Shown here: positions 12,919-25,513 of the stretch, one piece after another
How positions within the stretch are numbered: position 1 is the first letter of the stretch
Layout: each line of letters starts with the position of its first letter
Origin: Tubiluchus corallicola
Lineage: Eukaryota > Animalia > Priapulida
NCBI GenBank assembly: GCA_030141605.1
Contig: JAQGDQ010002382.1
Location: 124,001 to 188,000 of the forward strand
DNA: 64,000 bases
Reading direction: 5' to 3'
Notes under the pieces: generated by a model
What the model saw: the letters and a program-made list of their open reading frames with translations, nothing else
The model's database searches: none
Told to the model about the DNA's origin: nothing
Translations under genes and position numbers: made by a program

Positions 12919-13645
12919 TATTGCTAAAGTGTTTGCCTGTCACGGAAAGGTGCAAAAAAGTGACATTTGAATTACTCAGCACGTATATATTGCTAAAACT
13001 TTTGCTTGACACGGTGATGTACTGTTCAAAGTGACATTTGAATTACTCAGAGCGTATATATTGCTAAAACTTTTGCTTGACACGGTGAGGTACTGTTGAA
13101 CATTTGAATCACTCACAGCGCATACATTGCTAAAACTTTCCCCTGTCTCGGTGAGGTTCTGTTGAACATTTGACTCACTCACAGTGCATACATTGCTAAA
13201 ACTTTCCCCTGTCACGGTGAGGTACTGTTGAACATTTGAATCACTCACAGCATATACATTGCTAAAACTTTCCCCTGTCACGGTGAGGTACTGTTCAACA
13301 ATTGAATTACTCACAGCGAATACATTGCTAAAACTTTTGACTGTCACAGTGAGGTACTGTTGAACATTTTAATCACTCACAGCATATACATTGCTAAAAC
13401 TTTCCCCTGTCACGGTGAGGTACTGTTGAACATTTGAATCACTCACAGCGCATACATTGCTAAAACTTTCCCCTGTCACGGTGAGGTACTGTTGAACATT
13501 TGAATCACTCACAGCGCATACATTGCTAAAACTTTCCCCTGTTACGGTGAGGTACTATTGATTATTTGAATCACTCACAGCGCATACATTGCTAAAACTT
13601 TTGACTGTCACAGTGAGGTACAGTGAAAGTAACATTTGAAGCTGA
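12919..13645. repeat. 66-bp minisatellite, about 11 copies, overlapping the stop codon of the membrane-protein gene
   Basis: Unit CATTGCTAAAACTTTCCCCTGTCACGGTGAGGTACTGTTGAACATTTGAATCACTCACAGCATATA recurs at 13059, 13125, 13191, 13257, 13323, 13389, 13455, 13521 and 13587, with degenerate copies near 12988 and 12919. Confidence 0.95.
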
Positions 13646-14236
13646 ATCTGTGTCTCTAAAGTCCTCTGCCTGGCGAACAGCAGAACTTATTACTGGACAC
13701 GAGGACGCGTGAGCATCCCGTAGCTGCTGACGAAATGGAAATGTGGTGCCATGCTGTAAATTGTTTCTACAGCTTGTAACAGTTGGAGTGTCAACTGAAC
13801 TCCGTGTCGTCCGCATTGTATTCTGACTAGCACCATCACTAACTTCTAATACTACACGGTTTATATCACTTGTATCACTCGGTGTGGCTAGATTAACACG
13901 CGTTTCATTGTTCCTAGCTCCTCTGCGGTTGTCTGTTGGCGACGACCTTGATACGTACCGAGTTAAGGATGCCGGATTTAGTTTGATAGCTTCCTGATAT
14001 GGTGGGAGCACTCCACTTCCGGTGGACATTGTGGATTCCTCCCGAGTGAAAAGGCCGCGACGTTGAGCAATGACAGAATGACTTGGATTGATAATGCTGA
14101 TGGATCGACCAAGGACGGATGTAACTGGACGACTATGGATTAATGCTTGACTGTAAGACGGCGGAAGGTCCTGCGCCATTTGACCCTCCTCATGCGTTGC
14201 TGATGTATGGGCAACTGGAGAAACTTGTTCAAGGTA
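13592..14236 (-). CDS. Type I membrane protein, exon 5: cytoplasmic tail with PY motifs (LPPSY, LPPY)
   Basis: Acceptor tttttttgcAG|TAC in phase 0. Reads YLEQVSP...DLPPSYSQAL...VLPPYQEA... to TAG at 13592-13594. Composition is GC-richer and coding-like. Confidence 0.85.
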   Translation of the reverse strand, partial: YLEQVSPVAHTSATHEEGQMAQDLPPSYSQALIHSRPVTSVLGRSISIINPSHSVIAQRRGLFTREESTMSTGSGVLPPYQEAIKLNPASLTRYVSRSSPTDNRRGARNNETRVNLATPSDTSDINRVVLEVSDGASQNTMRTTRSSVDTPTVTSCRNNLQHGTTFPFRQQLRDAHASSCPVISSAVRQAEDFRDTDSASNVTFTVPHCDSQKF

Positions 14237-14476
14237 CTGCAAAAAAATTGTATATATAGCAAAAAAGTATAAAAACAGGTTATCTGGGTATGGATAGGTA
14301 TACACAGTGAACAATAAGTGGAACAGGCAAGTTTGACATTCCCTGGTGCTTATAAATGATGTCTTACATCAGTCCCCTCAGTCTTGGCACCTCCTGGGCT
14401 CAATTTAGGGTTTGTTCCAAGTTAACTTGTAAACTGAAGTTGGTATAGAGATAGATACAAACAAACAATACTACTA

Positions 14477-15009
<533 letters not shown>

Positions 15010-15237
15010 GTCTAAAAATCATTTGTTACAGGAAGTAGGCTGAACAATAAATGAATTTTGTAGATAAAACAGCGGTGTAGTTAACGGGCTGTTAGGGCTG
15101 CATTTCTATATAAAGAAAAACATATATCCGCTGCTTGCATATTCCACTATCTCTTAAGCGTTAGCATTTTTATAATTGAGTATAATCGCTCACTAACACC
15201 TATCTAACTTAGGCTTATTTAACTAATTAATAATTAC

Positions 15238-15350
15238 CTGTCCATATCGTCGTCTGACATAGAAACAAAAGCTGTAGACTAGAACGGCTACAAACGCCAT
15301 CGTAAAGAGTAGCAAAATCGTAGACTGCAGGCTCGTTGTCGAAGATTTAT
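15238..15350 (-). CDS. Type I membrane protein, exon 4: transmembrane helix
   Basis: Acceptor gcttatAG, phase 1 in. Encodes KSSTTSLQSTILLLFTMAFVAVLVYSFCFYV followed by the stop-transfer RRRYGQ. Donor CAG|GTAATT, phase 0 out. Confidence 0.85.
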
Positions 15351-15681
15351 CTATAAGCATTAAAAAATGTAATTTACAACGACTAATGCTTGGATATACT
15401 ATTTTAGAGGTACGTATTTGTAGTGCCATCCCGCTATTAGTATATAAAATGGAAAGCAAGTTAGTTAGTTCTCCAAAACGCTTGCTGTATATGATTTATA
15501 AAAGTTGGCGATAGATGACGCTGTACTACAATGTGCTTTGGTCTGAAACTGCATGCCAATGACAGCAAATGAATGTTAAATAATCGTTGCAATGTAAGAA
15601 TAAAGCAGTCAGTAAGACATCGCTTGCACGTATGTCTTTGTAAAAACGAGAAAATTATAACTAATAAACATAGATGCTCAC

Positions 15682-15774
15682 GTGTTGATTTTGTTGGTGT
15701 TAAGGTAAAATTTGCAGGCAGAGGAGTAGTTCCACGGGGTGGCACCAGTGTCACCTTACTATTGTTTTGTAAGC
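15682..15774 (-). CDS. Type I membrane protein, exon 3: Pro/Thr-rich stalk
   Basis: Acceptor atttcAG, donor C|GTGAGC, 93 nt, phase 1-1. Encodes (C)LQNNSKVTLVPPRGTTPLPANFTLTPTKST with N-glycosylation sequons. Confidence 0.75.
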
Positions 15775-16309
15775 CTGAAATCAATTTATAAATAATACGT
15801 AAATAAAAATATTCCACGGTAAAAAGTCATCATCAAAATACGATGTATTATTTAACAAAAATTGTCGAAACAAACAAGCCAAACAGGTTTCATTTCCGTT
15901 GTCTTAATTTAATCAGTTTCACATCTTGATCAGATCAACTATATTAACAGCTCAAGTAATTAATAGTCAGTAAGACTTAACTGGGGAAAAGGGGCGCATT
16001 TCTATATTAAGAAAAGAACTGAATGTCCCACCTAAGACGTAACTGTTTTTAATGGAGCAATGTCAGACGTTAGTCGTTATGACCCACACTGCGTAGGACA
16101 AATGAGAATAAAAAGGTTGACTAGGTCTTTTTTGTCATCGTGCTGCGTGGTTTTTTTTGAAAGAGGGTTTTTGAAAGACCACATCATTCTAGAATCCCAA
16201 GTTTATAGATTTTATCAAGTTTATAGATTTTATCATAATACACTAATGAAACCTATAAATCAATTTATGTAAACCCAAAGAAAAGTATGTGTCATTGCTT
16301 TGTACTTAC

Positions 16310-16474
16310 ACAGCAGTTCCGTACAGACATTTGAATCATTCTCACAGGAAGCATAGCAACCGCAACTTCCGGCCAGGCATTTTGGAAACAGATTCGACTC
16401 GATGTTCAACTTCACCTTGCAGACTCGCGCACAAAATAGACTGCAGAAATCGTCCCGGGTGCAAACAGCGTTTC
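16310..16474 (-). CDS. Type I membrane protein, exon 2: Cys-rich ectodomain
   Basis: Acceptor attttcAG, donor T|GTAAGT, 165 nt, phase 1-1. Encodes (G)NAVCTRDDFCSLFCARVCKVKLNIESNLFPKCLAGSCGCYASCENDSNVCTELL. Not in the ORF track. Confidence 0.82.
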
Positions 16475-16684
16475 CTGAAAATGAGTAATTTGGTAATTAC
16501 TACGGGGCAGGTAACTGATGACCTTTATGAACACATTAAGAGTAGATGGTAAAGAGACATTCCGAATCTCAGATACACGAATGGAGATTTTAAGGAAAAG
16601 CTATAGCTATGCACTACCTACTGATGTAACTATTATAGGCAATGAAACCTCATTTCTATTTCTTAGAAAGTGGATGGATTAAAT

Positions 16685-16715
<31 letters not shown>

Positions 16716-18061
16716 TACTGAAAAATTTATAATGGTTGTTGTAGGTATTTAAACACTGTCAGGGCTTTATTACTCTCATATTTTTTCAACAGTGAAATTT
16801 TACTGTGTACATATAGCAAATATTATGAGAAGAATTGTACCAAAATAGTTAAAGGAAAAAGTACCAAATAGGAAAACAGGGCGATGTTTCAAACTCTGCA
16901 TCATTTTGACCTATGATCTGACATATGTACTTTTTACCTGTATTGACAAGGCTATATATATATTATATAGGTTATAATTATATTAGGTTAGGTTATGTCA
17001 TGCAATGCTGAGTCAAGTCTTTTGTGTTATGTAACACAAAGTCAGGTCACATTCAGATAAACTGAAACAGCTTCTATGTCTTGTTTTGTCAAACTGCACA
17101 AAGGATCAAATGCAAAAACTCAACTGTTTATATATATATTAACCTATTATATATTTGGAATTCTCACTATTTCTGAATAACAATCTCTATGCTGTTTTTG
17201 TGAATGGGCTGAGTAGTCACCGTTGCATGCAAAGTTAAACAACTCGGGGCTTAGTTGTTAAATGGATGAGTGCCTGTTGCGGAAAAACTGCTGACGAGAG
17301 TTTCAACTTCTATTCTGCTCTGAAGTCGAGAAGTTGCATACGCATTCACATATAATTAAGACGCTTTGTCGGTTCAATGTTTTATCTTCAACGATTATAT
17401 ATATTTATACAAGCCAGCCAAAAATATAAAATTTTAAATGATCCTTGGTAATAAACAGCGTTCTGGCCCCGCCATGTCTGACGGTATTCTAGCAGGGTGT
17501 AAAGTGGTTCTAAAATCAGTTCCAACGTTCTCCAACTTTAGCAGATAAGTGACCCGAATACTAGGAAGCGGTAAAAGTGCCCATGTTTTTGGATCATATC
17601 TCGCTTTAAACCAGTTTCAGCAAACCAAAATTATTGATCATCTTTTTTTGTTACTTTGCAATCTGCGTCAGAGAATTTTTGCGAAGAATATGGCTTTGGT
17701 GGGATTGAAAAAATGCCGCTAAACAACCCTGCTTAAAACACGTGCTATACTTTACATCGAAGGCTGCTTTTTGAATTAGGATCCTATATTAAGTTAAAAG
17801 AACGCACAGAAGGGGCGCTAACTGGCTTGGACATCACTAATGACCACCATAGTAACAGGCGTTCCAGTGATCATTTGTTAAAGTGTTAAGAAGTGAATGA
17901 TTAGGACACTCGGGATACCCATAAAGCGAATTTACAACCATCAGTCGGTTGCCGTAACTCGGACAACGGACAGCTTTAGTGCAGGTATGTGATCAGGTGA
18001 CATTTTCAGCACGCACAGCAGCTGAATGGTCACGATATGTGCTTGGGTTACGGCATACCAC

Positions 18062-18300
18062 AGGAATAGCTCGAAGGTGCCGTCCTTGCTTCTGATGCGA
18101 GAAGTGGTGGGTTCAATTCCACGGCCGAGTCATACTAAAGACTTGAAAAATAGTACCGCATGTTCTTTGACCTAGCACGTGGAATAGTTGAAGTAACATT
18201 CGGGTAATAATAAACAATTCACAGCTTCAGTTGGAAGAATATCCTTGAAAATGAGCTAGATTCCGATCCCGTTGCAACAATCCAGACTTTTCAGTAATGC
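18062..18300 (+). mobile_element. tRNA-derived SINE, possibly MetaSINE-type
   Basis: TAGCTC A-box and GGGTTCAATTCC B-box, then GGCCGAGTCATACTAAAGACTTGAAAAATAGTACC, which resembles the Meta central domain as I recall it. Confidence 0.55.
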
Positions 18301-18483
18301 AGCACAAATTGGTGGGCATCCTGCTAGTTTTCTAAGAAGAAACTGCAGTAAGTTAGATACATAGTTTAAGCTTACTAAATGGAGTAAAAGAACTTGTTGA
18401 ATTGCAGAATTCACCAGAAGTTCTAGACCATAAATTTATCATGCTGCATTAAAGGTTAGAAATTGGTAAGTTCTGGTCTCCCC

Positions 18484-18509
18484 TCTCTCTCTCTCTTTCA
18501 CTCTCTTCC

Positions 18510-18556
<47 letters not shown>
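18484..18556. repeat. (CT)n microsatellite
   Basis: Directly visible. Confidence 0.9.
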
Positions 18557-18558
<2 letters not shown>

Positions 18559-19705
18559 ATCTCCCGCTCTTTCTCTTGCATCGCTTCATCCTCTCTTTTT
18601 GTATCTTTCTCTCTATCCCCCTCGTACTGTCTCTCTTCTTTCTCTTCCCCCTCTCACTGTCTTCTGTTCTCCCAGTGTTCCTTTTTTCTTTTTACTGTCT
18701 TTTGCTCCCAATCCCTGTAGCAACTAAAACTTACTTCACTGTCCTTGCAAAAACGTTAAGTGAAACATGGAATCTGCTCACTGTCAAATATAGTCATTCT
18801 AAATAAAGTGAGTACGTATTTTTTAACCTCACTTTTCTTAAACCAACAGAGGTGTTTTAGCTACTTTGTGTAAATTTGTTTATGGCAAACATCCTTTCTC
18901 ATGGAAAGAAACAGCTTCTGGCAAATTAGACTAATCATTTTCGTGGCGGTCTGCTTATCTTCACAGTAGGAGCGCACTCAGCTTCTTTGCACTGAAATAC
19001 CTGCTTCATCGTACTAACTAACGGTCGTGTCTCATTCTAGTCAATATACAAACAATGCCTACTTCATTAGCAGCATTACAAGTTTATGACAATCAGCGTC
19101 ACTTATTCTTGACCAGACACAGGAGTCCCTAAACGTAGGCCTTGACTAATGTTTACGTGGCAGCATCCATAGAGGTACACCCATTTACAAGGGCCATTTT
19201 TATCATCTTTTTCTCGGCAAACTTGCATTATGTGCTAAAAACTCATCGCCCAGGACCGGATTATGACCTTCCGCGCGCCTAAGCTAATGAAATTATGGGC
19301 CTCTATCAGATGGAGCCACCCTCTAAATCGTCCCACACCCGGTCTTGAACATTGTTTACTCGTGATATAATGCAGAGACACTTACATAGATTAAAGTGAG
19401 CTTATTGCAATTCTTTAAATAAATTAGATTAGCATTCTTTTGTTTGTTAATAAAAATATTCTTTAAGAAATGCCAGTATTTTACTATTTATTGCAAACCA
19501 AATTAGTACACATTTCAACATAACCGCAGTGAAACAACAGACTTTTTTACTAATGTTAAAATGGTAGCAAAGCTTGAAAGGTTGCAGCCTGTATTAGCCT
19601 ATAAAATAATTCGCCCTGCTCATTACTTCTTAATTAAGTGCAGTACTGAATATTCAGTTAGGACTTTATGAAATTATAACAGACTTTTTACAGTTTAACG
19701 CTTAC

Positions 19706-19766
19706 CTGTTATGAAAAGAGTCATCCATGTTGTAACCAAAGCTGTTATCGCCAAGCATAGTTGCAT
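19706..19766 (-). CDS. Type I membrane protein, exon 1: signal peptide
   Basis: Encodes MQLCLAITALVTTWMTLFIT, followed by a phase-1 donor G|GTAAGC. It joins exon 2 in frame (G+GA=Gly). Total CDS is 1077 nt, 358 aa. Confidence 0.75.
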
Positions 19767-21998
19767 AATAACCCGTTTTTATCTTGATGAATAAACTGCG
19801 TTATAAAATTTGCAGCAGCTGAAGGTTATTGTACAAATATTGTTGTTAATAAGCGCAAGGAACTTTCTTGTTTGCACATCATTTGTCCCATTGTGGTAAA
19901 GCTTATTTCCATGTCTTCAATAAAATATATAGCGTCACCTTAGATATTGTCACGTGTGGGTTACGCCTTTTAACGACCGAAAAAAGCGTCAACAGTAGAC
20001 ATGTTAGCGTGCTGTACTTTCCACAAATGAGATCTTCAGGCAATTTAGAAGTTCCACATGAACGGGCGTTCAGGTTTTGTTCGCCAGCGTCCAAGTGGAT
20101 TAAGCTTAACAATTTAACGTGGCTGGGAGGGTCGAGGGAGGCGAACACAAAACAACCTTAGCCTAGACACACGTAAAACTGGCCATCACGTTTTTAAATT
20201 ATGGTAAACATGCAGAAATTGAAATCGTAGTTGTTTGAAAGCAGAATTTATTAATGAAGATTCATTTGAGCTCATATATTTCCACTCGAATACCTAATTT
20301 TATGGGTCGCATGTAGCTATAAACTAATATCACCTTTCTGGCTAGTATTACATACTCGTACTATTCTGAATTATTTTTATTTATTTATTTATTTATTTAT
20401 TTAGTAAATGTAATTCCCTTTTAGGTAAGTTTAATAAATTACTTGAATTTTTAATTTTTGCTTTTCAGGCAGACAATGGGTTTTGTTGGATGACGTAGAA
20501 TGTCAAAAAGGTCACTAAGCCTTCTTTCACGATTACGTTCTACGTCTTTTAATTTAGATTTACGTCTTTGCAACTAATACGAAAATATTTCTCACCAGCC
20601 GAATAATATTGATTGCAACAAGCTAAATCAGATTTTGACGAAACTAAGAATCAATTTTCGCCATCTTTAAAATGTAACAAATGAATACGTTTAATTGTCG
20701 CTGATTCACAATTGAATATATTGTGCAAAATAAAATTTATTACAGGAAAAACAGTGTTAAAACTAATATATTTTTTGTAGTTTGCCACACTAAAACGTAA
20801 CATTGTGATACAAAATTAATAATTATGACTGGAATGAAAGAAGATGCGCCACGTGGTCTATGTGAAGTGCAGAAATCACAACTTGGCATCGCAAAAATTC
20901 CAATCTTGCTTGTCATTGTCTTTACGGCTATTGTTCAATCGGAAAACTGTACTTCCTCCCAATGTTTCCTCTATTATCCACGTCAGGCACATGAACTTCA
21001 CCACTGTCCTTTTTTGCTAAACACAAAAGAAACAAAATTATGTTTTATAAAACTTAAATTATTATTTTTAAAAATTACACATTCCTGATACGCCATTTTC
21101 AAATTGCCAAAAATAATCTGTTAAACTAAATTTTGTTTTCTAAACTCTAGTTTGTAATAATTAATGCAACAATAAGTGTTTTTGGAATGGCCGTAAAAGT
21201 TCCTTCTATAATCTATTCGTTCAATTTAATTGAAATTTATAAAAGTAGGCATTTGCGTTTTTGTGCTCGTCAGACATGCTTTTATAATATCATGCTGATT
21301 TTGAAAAAAATTGAATCCAAATTTTATTTTTGAAGAAAATTTGAATCCAAAAAGCAAATTTTACTTTTGCACAGGCTTCACCCACACTTTTGTGTAGCGC
21401 TTTTACTAAAACGTATTCTCGCGTTTAAAGTTGAAAAAACAAAAAAACTTAAAGCATTAAAACCAGAAAAAACGCATAAAAATTCTCTCTACCAACGATC
21501 GAACTATGGGCCTTCAGGTCAAAAACAAATAGTCTCATAACCGCATGATTGAGCTGTGATACAGTATCGGTTTTAAATCTTTTCAAATTTTCCTTCCTAT
21601 CAAATTGTTAATTTGATTAGTGATAATTACTCTCTGTTATTTACATAGTTTTATCTTAGCTCTAATTACTTTTCAGTGCATGCAAGAAGGACATTAATTA
21701 GCACTGAATTGCGTTATTATTGCTACACAAAAATAAAAACATTCCCATACGAAACCTTCAATTTTTTTCGAAACACTGAAGCTTGTTTCAGACATGTGAC
21801 CTGGTGAACGTGCTACAAAAGTACCTGTAGAACACACCTATAATAAATAAAATAAATACGCACACGAGTTAGTTATTTAGCAACAGTCAAGAACCGTTAG
21901 TTAAAAAATAACGAGTTAATAACAACAATTTTTAACAATAAGTTAATAACACGAATTTTCCTATCTTTACTTAAGTAAATGTTTTTCTTACGTTTTAA

Positions 21999-23167
21999 AG
22001 GACAAGAAAAGGTGTACCTGAAGCAGGTTTCAGAAAAATCGCCTTAAAAAATTATATTACTTTATAGCAATTTTATGCCTATATCTTACTCGCACTGAAA
22101 GTAATTTTGATTTGTTTTCATTTTAAATTTCCCGCAATACTATTCCGAAGTCGCCATTACATGACGTCATGCACCAAACGTAAATCAAGGGAAGAAAAGG
22201 CAATGTTAAATTATATCTCAAAAGACTTTCCGTGCAAATCTATATTACTTAGATTTTCGCTTACCTGCTAGAGAGATTTATGTAACTAGAAAAGAAAATT
22301 ATTAATTATTTAAAATGTTTTCACCAATTGGTAAAATGTAGCTGACTCACCCTACAGGGTGCACCACTCACTAACAAAAAAACGTATTTTTAATCTTATT
22401 GACAAGACATAGTAATTTTAAATTTTATTTAGTTAGTGACTTGCGCGCTACGAATGCTCTGATTATTTTTTCAAACTTTACAAAATGTTATCTAAACTTG
22501 TTTCAAATGACCTGTCGTGAAAATGGCTGCGTCTAACGGTCATCGCGGGAGTTTAAATTTACAGGTTTTATACAGCGTGACTGCCGATTGAAGTCCTGCA
22601 TGCAAAAAGGCAGCATGTAAGCGAAACAAAATTTCAAAACGAATTTTTCAAGCTTTATGTTTATGAAGGGTTCTCTTGTGCTTTAAGCACCACACCGCTT
22701 GATTAAGTTCTTTCGGTAGACAATGTTTTGCAGCCTATACTGCCTTATTGCACACAGATGTTATATTAGCAATAATACTGTATAAAACATGTAAATTTAA
22801 ACTCCCGCGATGACTGTTAGGCGCAGCCATTTTGACGGTAGATTGTTTGAAACAACTTTAGGTGACATTGTGTGAAGTTTGAAAAAACCATCAGAGAATT
22901 CGCAGCGCACTCTTCTGTTACTAAACAAAAGACTTAATTACTTTACATTACCAATAAAATTAAAAATACGTTTTTGATAACTTAGTGGTGCATACTGGGC
23001 TGGTGAAACACTGACGATTTACCAGTTGGAGCAAACATTTTAAATTGCTAAAAAATTTCTTTTCTAGTTACATAAGTCCCTCAAGCAGGTAAGCGTATAG
23101 CTAAGTAATATAAGTTTGTGTGGAAAGTTTTTGTGAACATTCTTTAAAAATGTTTTTTCTTCCCCTT
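21999..23167. mobile_element. Non-autonomous DNA transposon (Kolobok-like) containing a long imperfect palindrome
   Basis: Begins TTAA|AGGACAAGAAAAGG, the same start as the copy at 63126. Arms at about 22187-22580 and 22778-23167 are reverse complements. Other copies lie at about 27.0, 45.0 and 63.1 kb. Confidence 0.7.
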
Positions 23168-24276
23168 CAACATTTTTTGCTGTTTCAAGGAAATCAATGT
23201 GCACCACACGCTTAGCACACATGGAACTAATGGAAGGAATTCAGCCAAACGAGTCAAGAACCAAACTTAGAGTCCTGGTTGCACCATTTGAAAACTAGGG
23301 CAGAGGCGGGCCAAACTGCTGGTGAAATTGAGGAAGCGCTTTTACATCTCCCTGGATATTCTGACATTTGGCACCGCTTCACTTAAACTTTCATAAATAC
23401 TTTTTAAGAAAAAGCTTTCTTCCGATTAAAATTTTTCGTCTATAAATGGTAGTACTAAACTAGTCATCTAGATAATTTAGTAAAAAAAGCAAGCGAAGGC
23501 AATTAGCTGATCGAGCGCCCGAAGTTAAGCAACAGCTGATCCTGAGCAGTAAATGAATGGATAATCAATATGAAAATTGGTTCTGCGGCTTCTTCTGCTA
23601 TATTTCCCCGGCTCTTTTCCCTGCTGAAGAGAGGTACAATCGCGTCCATCTTAGAGGGCTGTCTTCGATAATAAGCAAGATCCCGTCCAGTCACAACAAT
23701 TTATAATAATCATTTGAACGCACGAAAGAATATTATATTAAAAAGTGTGAAAAATTTCAAACCACCGCTAGGACTCGAACCTAGGACTTATGCTGTCCAG
23801 GCAGCTATACTAGCCGCTACACCACAAAGGCACTTGACCTACTTGACGGCACGTATGCTACTAGTTGTATATGAATGAGGAATTAAAGTCTACATTGTAC
23901 CACATAGTACAAGATCAATTCTATGAACGCCCGAAAGCTGGTATAAATTATCCCTTCATCGGGATTCGAACTCATAACCTACAATCCGGGTTGCTAACCA
24001 TTACGCCACAGAGAGATTTTTCAGAATAAAAAAAATACACTGGACGATGAAAAAGGTAACTAGCAGGTTGACCTAATTAGCAAACGCCAAAAGACAAGAT
24101 ATTAGACAGGTTTCCATCATTTGTAAAAAATGTGGCACATGTTTTTCCTTCCATACAGGTGCTGCCAATGAAATTAGTATTCATCAGTTTGTTAGATTTG
24201 AGTGCACGCATGCGCAAGTCAACTCAAAAATAAATGTAAAGACAAGCATAATAATTAGTAAGTTACGGAGGTAACC

Positions 24277-24315
24277 TTAGTCATCAGAATACCGACCAAC
24301 CAAAAGCTGTACTGC
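24277..24315 (-). CDS. Candidate short terminal exon for GPCR cassette B (AVQLLVGRYSDD*)
   Basis: Acceptor aatctacAG in phase 0, matching a possible CAG|GTATTG donor at 24769 after NSTQ. The ending resembles cassette A's KDDV*. Confidence 0.35.
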   Translation of the reverse strand, partial: AVQLLVGRYSDD

Positions 24316-24593
24316 CTGTAGATTTTTGCATCAGTAGATTTAGTATAATAAATGCATATTATGTTAAAAGTAATTTTTAATTTTTTTGTGCGTATGCGTT
24401 GAGAAGTTATATTTTGTAATTGAATTTTAATTTTACCTATGTAAATTTTATGTCTTTTATTCACAATTTAAAAAATTAACTCTTGTAATAGTAGTTTAAC
24501 ACTATTGCCTACAACAGGCATTGAGTGGTTACACATATAGTATTTTCACGTATTTTATCACACCTGTAAATGTGTAGAACTTATGCAATAAAG

Positions 24594-24643
<50 letters not shown>

Positions 24644-24735
24644 CACTGCTGTGATGGCAGTGCTAATCGTGCAAAGTTAACAGCGCAGTTCACAGCGGGT
24701 ATTGCTCTCCTCAATTTTTCCCTAGTTCTTATGCA

Positions 24736-25435
24736 TTAAATAACAGCATATTTTAAGACTAACAATACCTGAGTGCTATTGGTTAATCTGCCATTGTAGT
24801 ATTTAGTGTTCCTGTCGTGTGGATATCGCAATTCGCCGCAGCAGCTCCTGCTTTTCAGGACAGCAATGAAACCCAACCGGAACTTCCGGTTCAGAAATCC
24901 GTACAGGACCGGATCAATCCCACTATTCGACGTGGATATCCATTGGCATATGGGTATGAGCAGTGCCAGCTGCGCATTGTTATCGGAGACAACTCCAAAA
25001 TAAACAAACGCAAACGTCAAGTACAGTGGCAGCCAACTGAAGGCGAACACCATCACAACGACTAGGACCATTTTTGCAAGTTTGAGCTTCTGTTTTCGAA
25101 CCAGCGTTTCCAAGTCACGTGTTTCACCAATCACGGGACGTCGTAAGACGTGCAGAAATATCAAGAAATAGCAAACACTTATGACAGCTAAGGGAACAAT
25201 GTAGCACTGCAAAGCTACAACGCACAAGAAGTACCATTTTGCTGCAGCGGGATCGTGCCATCCGAATTCGCCACAAACTGACAGTAATTGACCCTTGAAT
25301 ATTATATCTACGGCATCGTAATACAGCAACCAAGGAATGAAGGTCAGGCAGGAATATATCCATATAACAGCAATGAATCGTCCCGCTGCCTTCGTCGTCA
25401 TCTCATACTTCATCGGATAAACAATAGAAATGTAT
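24736..25435 (-). CDS. SIFamide/NPFF receptor-like GPCR, cassette B exon 3B (end of TM3 to TM7 and C-tail)
   Basis: Acceptor atttccAG|A completes E-R-Y. Contains TM4 W, TM5 CYIVPL, TM6 FAFSWLPLY, TM7 NSGIDPVLY and helix 8 FLNRKFRLGFIAVLKSRSCCGELRY, which resembles arthropod SIFamide receptors. Frame is intact. Confidence 0.92.
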
Positions 25436-25513
25436 CTGGAAATATAAATCTCATTATTTTTGCAATACAATAATTGCCAACAGGTGTCTCTAGTGAGAAA
25501 TCCTTTTCAAGAC

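Noticed and set aside
12976-13347. 123-aa repeat ORF as a separate gene
   Set aside because: It lies inside the 66-bp minisatellite, has no ATG start, and neighbouring units contain stops in that frame.
20880-21017. Extra minus-strand exon after the acceptor-like tcttttgtgtttAG
   Set aside because: It is GC-richer with short open frames, but I cannot link it confidently by phase or homology to either neighbouring gene.
23755-24010. Additional tRNA genes (GGACTCGAACC and GGATTCGAACTC motifs; similar motifs at about 2490, 21490, 34985, 42455 and 54360)
   Set aside because: Only B-box-like remnants with no cloverleaf. These are degenerate SINE heads.
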